The notes below the pieces were generated by a model that had not been told where the DNA came from, did not search any database, and worked only from the letters and a program-made list of their open reading frames with translations. This document shows, piece after piece, positions 22,765 through 37,000 of a stretch of DNA of 64,000 nt. The position numbers and the translations under genes were made by a program. Origin of the DNA: the human T2T-CHM13v2.0 reference genome, Homo sapiens; assembly GCF_009914755.1 (NCBI RefSeq), contig NC_060928.1. One strand, given 5' to 3'. Each line of letters starts with the position of its first letter. Positions within the stretch are counted from its first letter, which is position 1.

Positions 22765-25700
22765 GAGCTCTTTGAGGCCTATGGTTAAAAGGAAATATCT
22801 TCCCATAAAAACTAGACAGAAGCCGTCTCAGAAACTTGTTTGTGATGTGTGTATTCAACTAACAGAGTTGAACATTTCTGTTACAGAGCAATTTTAAAAC
22901 ACTCTTTTTGTGGAATCTGAAAGTGGATAATTGGATAGCTTTGTGGATTTCGTTGGAAACGGGATGACGTATAAAATCTAGAGAGAAGCATTCTCAGGAA
23001 CTTCTTTCTGATGTTTGCATTCAAGTCACAGAATTGAACATTCCTTTTCATAGTGCAGGTTTGAAACACTCTTTCTGTAGTATCTGGAAGTGGACATTTC
23101 AAGCGCTTTCAGGCCTACGGGGAGAAAGGAAATATCTTCAAATAAAAACTAGACAGAAGGATTCTCAGAAACTTATTTGTGATGTGTGTCCTAAACGAAC
23201 ACAGTTGAACCTTTGTTTTGATACAGCATTTTGGAAACACTCCTTTTGTAGGATCTGCAGGTGGATATTTGGATAGATTTTAAGATTTCGTTGGAAACGG
23301 GAGTTTCTTCATAGAAACTCAAGACAGATGCATTCTCAGAAACATCTCTGTGATGTTTGCATTCCACTCATAGAGTTGAAAACTTCCTTTCATAGAGCAG
23401 GTTTGAAACACTCTTTTTGTAATATTTGGAAGTGGACATTTGCAGCGCTTTGAGGCCTATGGTGAAAAAGGAAATATCTTCTCATAAAAACCAGAAACAA
23501 GCATTCTCAGAAACTGCTTTTTGATGTGTGTACTCAAGTAACAGAGTTGAACCTTCCTTTTGACACAGCAGTTTTGAAACAATCTTTTTGTAGAATCTGC
23601 AAGTGGATATTTGGATAGCTTTGAGGATTTCGTTGGAAACGGGATATCTTCATATAAAATCTAGACAGAAGCATTCTCAGAAACTTCTTTGTGCTGTATG
23701 TCCTCAATTAACAGAGTTGAACCATTGCTTGGATACAGCATTTTGGAAACATTCCTGGAGTAGAATCTGCAAGTTGATATTTAGATAGATTTGAAGATTT
23801 CGTTGGAAAAGGGAATATCTCCATATAAAATCTAGAGGGAAGCATTCTCAGAAACTGCTTTGTGATGTTTCCATTCAAGTCACAGAGTTGAATATTCCCT
23901 TTTATAGAGCACGTTTGAAACACTCTTTCTGCACTATCTGGAAGTGGACATTTCGAGCGCTTTGAGGCCTATGGTGAAAAAGGAAATATCTTCCCATAAA
24001 AACTAGACAGAAGCATTCTCAGAAACTTGTTTGTGATGTGTGTATTCAACTAACAGAGTTGAACTTTTGTTTTTACAGAGCCGTTTTAAAACACTCTTTT
24101 TGTGGAATCAGAAAGTGGATATTCGGATGGCTCTGAGGATTTCGTTGGAAGCGGGATTACATATAAAATCTAGAGAGAAGCATTCTCAGGAACTTCTTTG
24201 TGATGTTTGCATTGAAGTCACAGAATTGAACATTTGTTCACTTTGATAGAGCAGGTTTGAAACACTCATTCTGTAGTATCTGGAAGTGGACATTTCAAGC
24301 GCTTTCAGGCCTATGGTGAGAAAGGAAATATCTTCGAATAAAAACTAGACAGAAGCATCCTCAGAAACTTATTTGTGATGTGTGTCCTCAACTAACAGAG
24401 TTGAAACTTTGTTTTGATACAGCATTTTGGAAACACTCTTTTTGTAGAATCTGCAGGTGGATATTTGGATAGCTTAGAGGGATTCGTTGGAAAGGGGATA
24501 TCTTCATATAAAATCTAGACAGAAGCATTCTCAGAAACTTATTTGTGATGTGTGTCCTCAACTAACAGAGTTGAACCTTGGTTTTGATACAGCATTTTGG
24601 AAACACTCCTTTTGTAGAATCTGCAGGTGGATATGTGGATAGCTCTGAAGATTTCGTTGGAAACGGGAATTTCTTCATATAAAATCAAACAGAAGCATTC
24701 TCAGAAACTTCTCAGTGATGTTTGCATTCAGCTCATGGAGTTGAACACTTCCTTTCATAGAGCCGGTTTGAAACACTCTTTCTGCACTACCTGGAAGAGG
24801 ACATTTCGAGCGCTTTGAGTCCTATGGTGAAAAAGGAAATATCTTCTCATAAAAACCAGAAAGAAGCATTCTCAGAAACTTCTTTGTGTTGTGTGTACTC
24901 ATGTAACAGTGTTGAACCATCCTTTTGACAGAGCAGTTTTGAAACACTCTTTTTGTAGAATCTGCAAGTGGATATTTGGATAGCTTTGAGGATTTCGTTG
25001 GAAACGGGATGACATATAATATCTAGAGAGAAGCATTCTCAGGAACTTCTTTGTGATGTTTGCATTCAAGTCACAGAATTGAACATTCCCTTTCATAGAG
25101 CAGGTTTGAAACACTCTTTCTCTAGTATCTGGAAGTGGGCATTTCAAGCGCTTTCAGGCCTATGGAGAGAAAGGAAATACCTTCAAATAAAAACTAGACA
25201 GAAGCATTCTCAGAAACTTATTTGTGATGTGTGTCCTCAACTAACAGAGTTGAACCTTTGTTTTGATACAGCATTTTGGAAACACTCCTTTTGTAGAATC
25301 TGCAGGTGGATATTTGGATACCTTTGAAGATTTCGTTGGAAACCGGAATATCTTCATATAAAATCAAGACAGAAGCATTCTCGGAAACATCTCTGTGATG
25401 TTTGCATTCAACTCAGTAGAGTTGAACACTTCCTTTCATAGAGCCGGTTTGAAACACTCTTTCTGCACTACCTGGAAGCGGACATTTCGAGCGCTTTGAG
25501 GCCTATGGTGAAAAAGAAAATATCTTCTCATAAAAACCAGAAAGAAGCATTCTCAGAAACTTCTTTTTGATGTGTGTACTCAAGTAACAGAGTTGAACCT
25601 TCCTTTTGACACAGCAGTTTTGAAACAATCTTTTTGTAGAATCTGCAAGTGGATATTTGGATAGCTTTGAGGATTTCGTTGGAAACGGGATATCTTCATA

Positions 25701-28042
25701 TAAAATCTAGACAGAAGCATTCTCAGAAACTTCTTTGTGCTGTATGTCCTCAATTAACAGAGTTGAACCATTGCTTGGATACAGCATTTTGGAAACATTC
25801 CTGGAGTAGAATCTGCAAGTTGATATTTAGATAGATTTGAAGATTTCGTTGGAAAAGGGAATATCTCCATATAAAATCTAGAGGGAAGCATTCTCAGAAA
25901 CTGCTTTGTGATGTTTCCATTCAAGTCACAGAGTTGAATATTCCCTTTTATAGAGCACGTTTGAAACACTCTTTCTGCACTATCTGGAAGTGGACATTTC
26001 GAGCGCTTTGAGGCCTATGGTGAAAAAGGAAATATCTTCCCATAAAAACTAGACAGAAGCATTCTCAGAAACTTGTTTGTGATGTGTGTATTCAACTAAC
26101 AGAGTTGAACTTTTGTTTTTACAGAGCCGTTTTAAAACACTCTTTTTGTGGAATCAGAAAGTGGATATTCGGATGGCTCTGAGGATTTCGTTGGAAGCGG
26201 GATTACATATAAAATCTAGAGAGAAGCATTCTCAGGAACTTCTTTGTGATGTTTGCATTGAAGTCACAGAATTGAACATTCACTTTGATAGAGCAGGTTT
26301 GAAACACTCATTCTGTAGTATCTGGAAGTGGACATTTCAAGCGCTTTCAGGCCTATGGTGAGAAAGGAAATATCTTCGAATAAAAACTAGACAGAAGCAT
26401 CCTCAGAAAGTTATTTGTGATGTGTGTCCTCAACTAACAGAGTTGAAACTTTGTTTTGATACAGCATTTTGGAAACACTCTTTTTGTAGAATCTGCAGGT
26501 GGATATTTGGATAGCTTAGAGGGATTCGTTGGAAAGGGGATATCTTCATATAAAATCTAGACAGAAGCATTCTCAGAAACTTATTTGTGATGTGTGTCCT
26601 CAACTAACAGAGTTGAACCTTGGTTTTGATACAGCATTTTGGAAACACTCCTTTTGTAGAATCTGCAGGTGGATATGTGGATAGCTCTGAAGATTTCGTT
26701 GGAAACGGGAATTTCTTCATATAAAATCAAACAGAAGCATTCTCAGAAACTTCTCAGTGATGTTTGCATTCAGCTCATGGAGTTGAACACTTCCTTTCAT
26801 AGAGCCGGTTTGAAACACTCTTTCTGCACTACCTGGAAGAGGACATTTCGAGCGCTTTGAGTCCTATGGTGAAAAAGGAAATATCTTCTCATAAAAACCA
26901 GAAAGAAGCATTCTCAGAAACTTCTTTGTGTTGTGTGTACTCATGTAACAGTGTTGAACCATCCTTTTGACAGAGCAGTTTTGAAACACTCTTTTTGTAG
27001 AATCTGCAAGTGGATATTTGGATAGCTTTGAGGATTTCGTTGGAAACGGGATGACATATAATATCTAGAGAGAAGCATTCTCAGGAACTACTTTGTGATG
27101 TTTGCATTCAAGTCACAGAATTGAACATTCCCTTTCATAGAGCAGGTTTGAAACACTCTTTCTCTAGTATCTGGAAGTGGGCATTTCAAGCGCTTTCAGG
27201 CCTATGGAGAGAAAGGAAATACCTTCAAATAAAAACTAGACAGAAGCATTCTCAGAAACTTATTTGTGATGTGTGTCCTCAACTAACAGAGTTGAACCTT
27301 TGTTTTGATACAGCATTTTGGAAACACTCCTTTTGTAGAATCTGCAGGTGGATATTTGGATACCTTTGAAGATTTCGTTGGAAACCGGAATATCTTCATA
27401 TAAAATCAAGACAGAAGCATTCTCGGAAACATCTCTGTGATGTTTGCATTCAACTCAGTAGAGTTGAACACTTCCTTTCATAGAGCCGGTTTGAAACACT
27501 CTTTCTGCACTACCTGGAAGCGGACATTTCGAGCGCTTTGAGGCCTATGGTGAAAAAGGAAATATCTTCTCATAAAAACCAGAAAGAAGCATTCTCAGAA
27601 ACTTCTTTGTGTTGTGTGTACTCAAGTAACAGTGTTGAACCTTCCTTTTGACACAGCAGTTTTGAAACACTCTTTTGGTAGAATCTGCAAGTGGATATTT
27701 GGATAGCTTTGAGGATTTCGTTGGAAACGGGTTATCTTCATATAAAATCCAGACAGGAGCATTCTCAGAAACTTCTTTGTGCTGCATGTCCTCAATTCAC
27801 AGAGCTGAACCTTTGTTTGGATACAGCATTTTGGAAACATTCCTTTAGTAGAATCTGCAAGTTGATATTTAGATAGCTTTGAAGATTTCGTTGGAAACGG
27901 GAATATCTTCATAGAAAATCTAGACGGAAGCATTCTCAGAAACTGCTTTGTGATGTTTGCATTCAAGTCACAGAGTTGAATATTCCCTTTTATAGAGTAG
28001 GTTTGAAACACTCTTTCGGCACTACCTGGAAGTGGATATTTC
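22765..28042 (+). repeat. 31-monomer unit (5278 bp): 19-mer plus a 12-mer variant (f-m + p-s tandemly repeated) plus a 4-bp insertion
   Basis: Segment f..s occurs at 23502-25547 (2046 bp, with the insertion) and again at 25548-27589 (2042 bp). There is no GAGCTC anchor between 22765 and 28043. Confidence 0.9.
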
Positions 28043-31000
28043 GAGCTCTTTGAGGCCTATGGTTAAAAGGAAATATCTTCCCATAAAAACTAGACAGAAG
28101 CCGTCTCAGAAACTTGTTTGTGATGTGTGTATTCAACTAACAGAGTTGAACATTTCTGTTACAGAGCAATTTTAAAACACTCTTTTTGTGGAATCTGAAA
28201 GTGGATAATTGGATAGCTTTGTGGATTTCGTTGGAAACGGGATGACGTATAAAATCTAGAGAGAAGCATTCTCAGGAACTTCTTTCTGATGTTTGCATTC
28301 AAGTCACAGAATTGAACATTCCTTTTCATAGTGCAGGTTTGAAACACTCTTTCTGTAGTATCTGGAAGTGGACATTTCAAGCGCTTTCAGGCCTACGGGG
28401 AGAAAGGAAATATCTTCAAATAAAAACTAGACAGAAGGATTCTCAGAAACTTATTTGTGATGTGTGTCCTAAACGAACACAGTTGAACCTTTGTTTTGAT
28501 ACAGCATTTTGGAAACACTCCTTTTGTAGGATCTGCAGGTGGATATTTGGATAGATTTTAAGATTTCGTTGGAAACGGGAGTTTCTTCATAGAAACTCAA
28601 GACAGATGCATTCTCAGAAACATCTCTGTGATGTTTGCATTCCACTCATAGAGTTGAAAACTTCCTTTCATAGAGCAGGTTTGAAACACTCTTTTTGTAA
28701 TATTTGGAAGTGGACATTTGCAGCGCTTTGAGGCCTATGGTGAAAAAGGAAATATCTTCTCATAAAAACCAGAAAGAAGCATTCTCAGAAACTTCTTTTT
28801 GATGTGTGTACTCAAGTAACAGAGTTGAACCTTCCTTTTGACACAGCAGTTTTGAAACAATCTTTTTGTAGAATCTGCAAGTGGATATTTGGATAGCTTT
28901 GAGGATTTCGTTGGAAACGGGATATCTTCATATAAAATCTAGACAGAAGCATTCTCAGAAACTTCTTTGTGCTGTATGTCCTCAATTAACAGAGTTGAAC
29001 CATTGCTTGGATACAGCATTTTGGAAACATTCCTGGAGTAGAATCTGCAAGTTGATATTTAGATAGATTTGAAGATTTCGTTGGAAAAGGGAATATCTCC
29101 ATATAAAATCTAGAGGGAAGCATTCTCAGAAACTGCTTTGTGATGTTTCCATTCAAGTCACAGAGTTGAATATTCCCTTTTATAGAGCACGTTTGAAACA
29201 CTCTTTCTGCACTATCTGGAAGTGGACATTTCGAGCGCTTTGAGGCCTATGGTGAAAAAGGAAATATCTTCCCATAAAAACTAGACAGAAGCATTCTCAG
29301 AAACTTGTTTGTGATGTGTGTATTCAACTAACAGAGTTGAACTTTTGTTTTTACAGAGCCGTTTTAAAACACTCTTTTTGTGGAATCAGAAAGTGGATAT
29401 TCGGATGGCTCTGAGGATTTCGTTGGAAGCGGGATTACATATAAAATCTAGAGAGAAGCATTCTCAGGAACTTCTTTGTGATGTTTGCATTGAAGTCACA
29501 GAATTGAACATTCACTTTGATAGAGCAGGTTTGAAACACTCATTCTGTAGTATCTGGAAGTGGACATTTCAAGCGCTTTCAGGCCTATGGTGAGACAGGA
29601 AATATCTTCGAATAAAAACTAGACAGAAGCATCCTCAGAAAGTTATTTGTGATGTGTGTCCTCAACTAACAGAGTTGAAACTTTGTTTTGATACAGCATT
29701 TTGGAAACACTCTTTTTGTAGAATCTGCAGGTGGATATTTGGATAGCTTAGAGGGATTCGTTGGAAAGGGGATATCTTCATATAAAATCTAGACAGAAGC
29801 ATTCTCAGAAACTTATTTGTGATGTGTGTCCTCAACTAACAGAGTTGAACTTTGGTTTTGATACAGCATTTTGGAAACACTCCTTTTGTAGAATCTGCAG
29901 GTGGATATGTGGATAGCTCTGAAGATTTCGTTGGAAACGGGAATTTCTTCATATAAAATCAAACAGAAGCATTCTCAGAAACTTCTCAGTGATGTTTGCA
30001 TTCAGCTCATGGAGTTGAACACTTCCTTTCATAGAGCCGGTTTGAAACACTCTTTCTGCACTACCTGGAAGAGGACATTTCGAGCGCTTTGAGTCCTATG
30101 GTGAAAAAGGAAATATCTTCTCATAAAAACCAGAAAGAAGCATTCTCAGAAACTTCTTTGTGTTGTGTGTACTCATGTAACAGTGTTGAACCATCCTTTT
30201 GACAGAGCAGTTTTGAAACACTCTTTTTGTAGAATCTGCAAGTGGATATTTGGATAGCTTTGAGGATTTCGTTGGAAACGGGATGACATATAATATCTAG
30301 AGAGAAGCATTCTCAGGAACTACTTTGTGATGTTTGCATTCAAGTCACAGAATTGAACATTCCCTTTCATAGAGCAGGTTTGAAACACTCTTTCTCTAGT
30401 ATCTGGAAGTGGGCATTTCAAGCGCTTTCAGGCCTATGGAGAGAAAGGAAATACCTTCAAATAAAAACTAGACAGAAGCATTCTCAGAAACTTATTTGTG
30501 ATGTGTGTCCTCAACTAACAGAGTTGAACCTTTGTTTTGATACAGCATTTTGGAAACACTCCTTTTGTAGAATCTGCAGGTGGATATTTGGATACCTTTG
30601 AAGATTTCGTTGGAAACCGGAATATCTTCATATAAAATCAAGACAGAAGCATTCTCGGAAACATCTCTGTGATGTTTGCATTCAACTCAGTAGAGTTGAA
30701 CACTTCCTTTCATAGAGCCGGTTTGAAACACTCTTTCTGCACTACCTGGAAGCGGACATTTCGAGCGCTTTGAGGCCTATGGTGAAAAAGGAAATATCTT
30801 CTCATAAAAACCAGAAAGAAGCATTCTCAGAAACTTCTTTGTGTTGTGTGTACTCAAGTAACAGTGTTGAACCTTCCTTTTGACACAGCAGTTTTGAAAC
30901 ACTCTTTTGGTAGAATCTGCAAGTGGATATTTGGATAGCTTTGAGGATTTCGTTGGAAACGGGTTATCTTCATATAAAATCCAGACAGGAGCATTCTCAG

Positions 31001-34000
31001 AAACTTCTTTGTGCTGCATGTCCTCAATTCACAGAGCTGAACCTTTGTTTGGATACAGCATTTTGGAAACATTCCTTTAGTAGAATCTGCAAGTTGATAT
31101 TTAGATAGCTTTGAAGATTTCGTTGGAAACGGGAATATCTTCATAGAAAATCTAGACGGAAGCATTCTCAGAAACTGCTTTGTGATGTTTGCATTCAAGT
31201 CACAGAGTTGAATATTCCCTTTTATAGAGTAGGTTTGAAACACTCTTTCGGCACTACCTGGAAGTGGATATTTCGAGCTCTTTGAGGCCTATGGTTAAAA
31301 GGAAATATCTTCCCATAAAAACTAGACAGAAGCCGTCTCAGAAACTTGTTTGTGATGTGTGTATTCAACTAACAGAGTTGAACATTTCTGTTACAGAGCA
31401 ATTTTAAAACACTCTTTTTGTGGAATCTGAAAGTGGATAATTGGATAGCTTTGTGGATTTCGTTGGAAACGGGATGACGTATAAAATCTAGAGAGAAGCA
31501 TTCTCAGGAACTTCTTTCTGATGTTTGCATTCAAGTCACAGAATTGAACATTCCTTTTCATAGTGCAGGTTTGAAACACTCTTTCTGTAGTATCTGGAAG
31601 TGGACATTTCAAGCGCTTTCAGGCCTACGGGGAGAAAGGAAATATCTTCAAATAAAAACTAGACAGAAGGATTCTCAGAAACTTATTTGTGATGTGTGTC
31701 CTAAACGAACACAGTTGAACCTTTGTTTTGATACAGCATTTTGGAAACACTCCTTTTGTAGGATCTGCAGGTGGATATTTGGATAGATTTTAAGATTTCG
31801 TTGGAAACGGGAGTTTCTTCATAGAAACTCAAGACAGATGCATTCTCAGAAACATCTCTGTGATGTTTGCATTCCACTCATAGAGTTGAAAACTTCCTTT
31901 CATAGAGCAGGTTTGAAACACTCTTTTTGTAATATTTGGAAGTGGACATTTGCAGCGCTTTGAGGCCTATGGTGAAAAAGGAAATATCTTCTCATAAAAA
32001 CCAGAAAGAAGCATTCTCAGAAACTTCTTTTTGATGTGTGTACTCAAGTAACAGAGTTGAACCTTCCTTTTGACACAGCAGTTTTGAAACAATCTTTTTG
32101 TAGAATCTGCAAGTGGATATTTGGATAGCTTTGAGGATTTCGTTGGAAACGGGATATCTTCATATAAAATCTAGACAGAAGCATTCTCAGAAACTTCTTT
32201 GTGCTGTATGTCCTCAATTAACAGAGTTGAACCATTGCTTGGATACAGCATTTTGGAAACATTCCTGGAGTAGAATCTGCAAGTTGATATTTAGATAGAT
32301 TTGAAGATTTCGTTGGAAAAGGGAATATCTCCATATAAAATCTAGAGGGAAGCATTCTCAGAAACTGCTTTGTGATGTTTCCATTCAAGTCACAGAGTTG
32401 AATATTCCCTTTTATAGAGCACGTTTGAAACACTCTTTCTGCACTATCTGGAAGTGGACATTTCGAGCGCTTTGAGGCCTATGGTGAAAAAGGAAATATC
32501 TTCCCATAAAAACTAGACAGAAGCATTCTCAGAAACTTGTTTGTGATGTGTGTATTCAACTAACAGAGTTGAACTTTTGTTTTTACAGAGCCGTTTTAAA
32601 ACACTCTTTTTGTGGAATCAGAAAGTGGATATTCGGATGGCTCTGAGGATTTCGTTGGAAGCGGGATTACATATAAAATCTAGAGAGAAGCATTCTCAGG
32701 AACTTCTTTGTGATGTTTGCATTGAAGTCACAGAATTGAACATTCACTTTGATAGAGCAGGTTTGAAACACTCATTCTGTAGTATCTGGAAGTGGACATT
32801 TCAAGCGCTTTCAGGCCTATGGTGAGAAAGGAAATATCTTCGAATAAAAACTAGACAGAAGCATCCTCAGAAAGTTATTTGTGATGTGTGTCCTCAACTA
32901 ACAGAGTTGAAACTTTGTTTTGATACAGCATTTTGGAAACACTCTTTTTGTAGAATCTGCAGGTGGATATTTGGATAGCTTAGAGGGATTCGTTGGAAAG
33001 GGGATATCTTCATATAAAATCTAGACAGAAGCATTCTCAGAAACTTATTTGTGATGTGTGTCCTCAACTAACAGAGTTGAACCTTGGTTTTGATACAGCA
33101 TTTTGGAAACACTCCTTTTGTAGAATCTGCAGGTGGATATGTGGATAGCTCTGAAGATTTCGTTGGAAACGGGAATTTCTTCATATAAAATCAAACAGAA
33201 GCATTCTCAGAAACTTCTCAGTGATGTTTGCATTCAGCTCATGGAGTTGAACACTTCCTTTCATAGAGCCGGTTTGAAACACTCTTTCTGCACTACCTGG
33301 AAGAGGACATTTCGAGCGCTTTGAGTCCTATGGTGAAAAAGGAAATATCTTCTCATAAAAACCAGAAAGAAGCATTCTCAGAAACTTCTTTGTGTTGTGT
33401 GTACTCATGTAACAGTGTTGAACCATCCTTTTGACAGAGCAGTTTTGAAACACTCTTTTTGTAGAATCTGCAAGTGGATATTTGGATAGCTTTGAGGATT
33501 TCGTTGGAAACGGGATGACATATAATATCTAGAGAGAAGCATTCTCAGGAACTACTTTGTGATGTTTGCATTCAAGTCACAGAATTGAACATTCCCTTTC
33601 ATAGAGCAGGTTTGAAACACTCTTTCTCTAGTATCTGGAAGTGGGCATTTCAAGCGCTTTCAGGCCTATGGAGAGAAAGGAAATACCTTCAAATAAAAAC
33701 TAGACAGAAGCATTCTCAGAAACTTATTTGTGATGTGTGTCCTCAACTAACAGAGTTGAACCTTTGTTTTGATACAGCATTTTGGAAACACTCCTTTTGT
33801 AGAATCTGCAGGTGGATATTTGGATACCTTTGAAGATTTCGTTGGAAACCGGAATATCTTCATATAAAATCAAGACAGAAGCATTCTCGGAAACATCTCT
33901 GTGATGTTTGCATTCAACTCAGTAGAGTTGAACACTTCCTTTCATAGAGCCGGTTTGAAACACTCTTTCTGCACTACCTGGAAGCGGACATTTCGAGCGC

Positions 34001-37000
34001 TTTGAGGCCTATGGTGAAAAAGGAAATATCTTCTCATAAAAACCAGAAAGAAGCATTCTCAGAAACTTCTTTGTGTTGTGTGTACTCAAGTAACAGTGTT
34101 GAACCTTCCTTTTGACACAGCAGTTTTGAAACACTCTTTTGGTAGAATCTGCAAGTGGATATTTGGATAGCTTTGAGGATTTCGTTGGAAACGGGTTATC
34201 TTCATATAAAATCCAGACAGGAGCATTCTCAGAAACTTCTTTGTGCTGCATGTCCTCAATTCACAGAGCTGAACCTTTGTTTGGATACAGCATTTTGGAA
34301 ACATTCCTTTAGTAGAATCTGCAAGTTGATATTTAGATAGCTTTGAAGATTTCGTTGGAAACGGGAATATCTTCATAGAAAATCTAGACGGAAGCATTCT
34401 CAGAAACTGCTTTGTGATGTTTGCATTCAAGTCACAGAGTTGAATATTCCCTTTTATAGAGTAGGTTTGAAACACTCTTTCGGCACTACCTGGAAGTGGA
34501 TATTTCGAGCTCTTTGAGGCCTATGGTTAAAAGGAAATATCTTCCCATAAAAACTAGACAGAAGCCGTCTCAGAAACTTGTTTGTGATGTGTGTATTCAA
34601 CTAACAGAGTTGAACATTTCTGTTACAGAGCAATTTTAAAACACTCTTTTTGTGGAATCTGAAAGTGGATAATTGGATAGCTTTGTGGATTTCGTTGGAA
34701 ACGGGATGACGTATAAAATCTAGAGAGAAGCATTCTCAGGAACTTCTTTCTGATGTTTGCATTCAAGTCACAGAATTGAACATTCCTTTTCATAGTGCAG
34801 GTTTGAAACACTCTTTCTGTAGTATCTGGAAGTGGACATTTCAAGCGCTTTCAGGCCTACGGGGAGAAAGGAAATATCTTCAAATAAAAACTAGACAGAA
34901 GGATTCTCAGAAACTTATTTGTGATGTGTGTCCTAAACGAACACAGTTGAACCTTTGTTTTGATACAGCATTTTGGAAACACTCCTTTTGTAGGATCTGC
35001 AGGTGGATATTTGGATAGATTTTAAGATTTCGTTGGAAACGGGAGTTTCTTCATAGAAACTCAAGACAGATGCATTCTCAGAAACATCTCTGTGATGTTT
35101 GCATTCCACTCATAGAGTTGAAAACTTCCTTTCATAGAGCAGGTTTGAAACACTCTTTTTGTAATATTTGGAAGTGGACATTTGCAGCGCTTTGAGGCCT
35201 ATGGTGAAAAAGGAAATATCTTCTCATAAAAACCAGAAAGAAGCATTCTCAGAAACTTCTTTTTGATGTGTGTACTCAAGTAACAGAGTTGAACCTTCCT
35301 TTTGACACAGCAGTTTTGAAACAATCTTTTTGTAGAATCTGCAAGTGGATATTTGGATAGCTTTGAGGATTTCGTTGGAAACGGGATATCTTCATATAAA
35401 ATCTAGACAGAAGCATTCTCAGAAACTTCTTTGTGCTGTATGTCCTCAATTAACAGAGTTGAACCATTGCTTGGATACAGCATTTTGGAAACATTCCTTG
35501 AGTAGAATCTGCAAGTTGATATTTAGATAGATTTGAAGATTTCGTTGGAAAAGGGAATATCTCCATATAAAATCTAGAGGGAAGCATTCTCAGAAACTGC
35601 TTTGTGATGTTTCCATTCAAGTCACAGAGTTGAATATTCCCTTTTATAGAGCACGTTTGAAACACTCTTTCTGCACTATCTGGAAGTGGACATTTCGAGC
35701 GCTTTGAGGCCTATGGTGAAAAAGGAAATATCTTCCCATAAAAACTAGACAGAAGCATTCTCAGAAACTTGTTTGTGATGTGTGTATTCAACTAACAGAG
35801 TTGAACTTTTGTTTTTACAGAGCCGTTTTAAAACACTCTTTTTGTGGAATCAGAAAGTGGATATTCGGATGGCTCTGAGGATTTCGTTGGAAGCGGGATT
35901 ACATATAAAATCTAGAGAGAAGCATTCTCAGGAACTTCTTTGTGATGTTTGCATTGAAGTCACAGAATTGAACATTCACTTTGATAGAGCAGGTTTGAAA
36001 CACTCATTCTGTAGTATCTGGAAGTGGACATTTCAAGCGCTTTCAGGCCTATGGTGAGAAAGGAAATATCTTCGAATAAAAACTAGACAGAAGCATCCTC
36101 AGAAACTTATTTGTGATGTGTGTCCTCAACTAACAGAGTTGAAACTTTGTTTTGATACAGCATTTTGGAAACACTCTTTTTGTAGAATCTGCAGGTGGAT
36201 ATTTGGATAGCTTAGAGGGATTCGTTGGAAAGGGGATATCTTCATATAAAATCTAGACAGAAGCATTCTCAGAAACTTATTTGTGATGTGTGTCCTCAAC
36301 TAACAGAGTTGAACCTTGGTTTTGATACAGCATTTTGGAAACACTCCTTTTGTAGAATCTGCAGGTGGATATGTGGATAGCTCTGAAGATTTCGTTGGAA
36401 ACGGGAATTTCTTCATATAAAATCAAACAGAAGCATTCTCAGAAACTTCTCAGTGATGTTTGCATTCAGCTCATGGAGTTGAACACTTCCTTTCATAGAG
36501 CCGGTTTGAAACACTCTTTCTGCACTACCTGGAAGAGGACATTTCGAGCGCTTTGAGTCCTATGGTGAAAAAGGAAATATCTTCTCATAAAAACCAGAAA
36601 GAAGCATTCTCAGAAACTTCTTTGTGTTGTGTGTACTCATGTAACAGTGTTGAACCATCCTTTTGACAGAGCAGTTTTGAAACACTCTTTTTGTAGAATC
36701 TGCAAGTGGATATTTGGATAGCTTTGAGGATTTCGTTGGAAACGGGATGACATATAATATCTAGAGAGAAGCATTCTCAGGAACTACTTTGTGATGTTTG
36801 CATTCAAGTCACAGAATTGAACATTCCCTTTCATAGAGCAGGTTTGAAACACTCTTTCTCTAGTATCTGGAAGTGGGCATTTCAAGCGCTTTCAGGCCTA
36901 TGGAGAGAAAGGAAATACCTTCAAATAAAAACTAGACAGAAGCATTCTCAGAAACTTATTTGTGATGTGTGTCCTCAACTAACAGAGTTGAACCTTTGTT

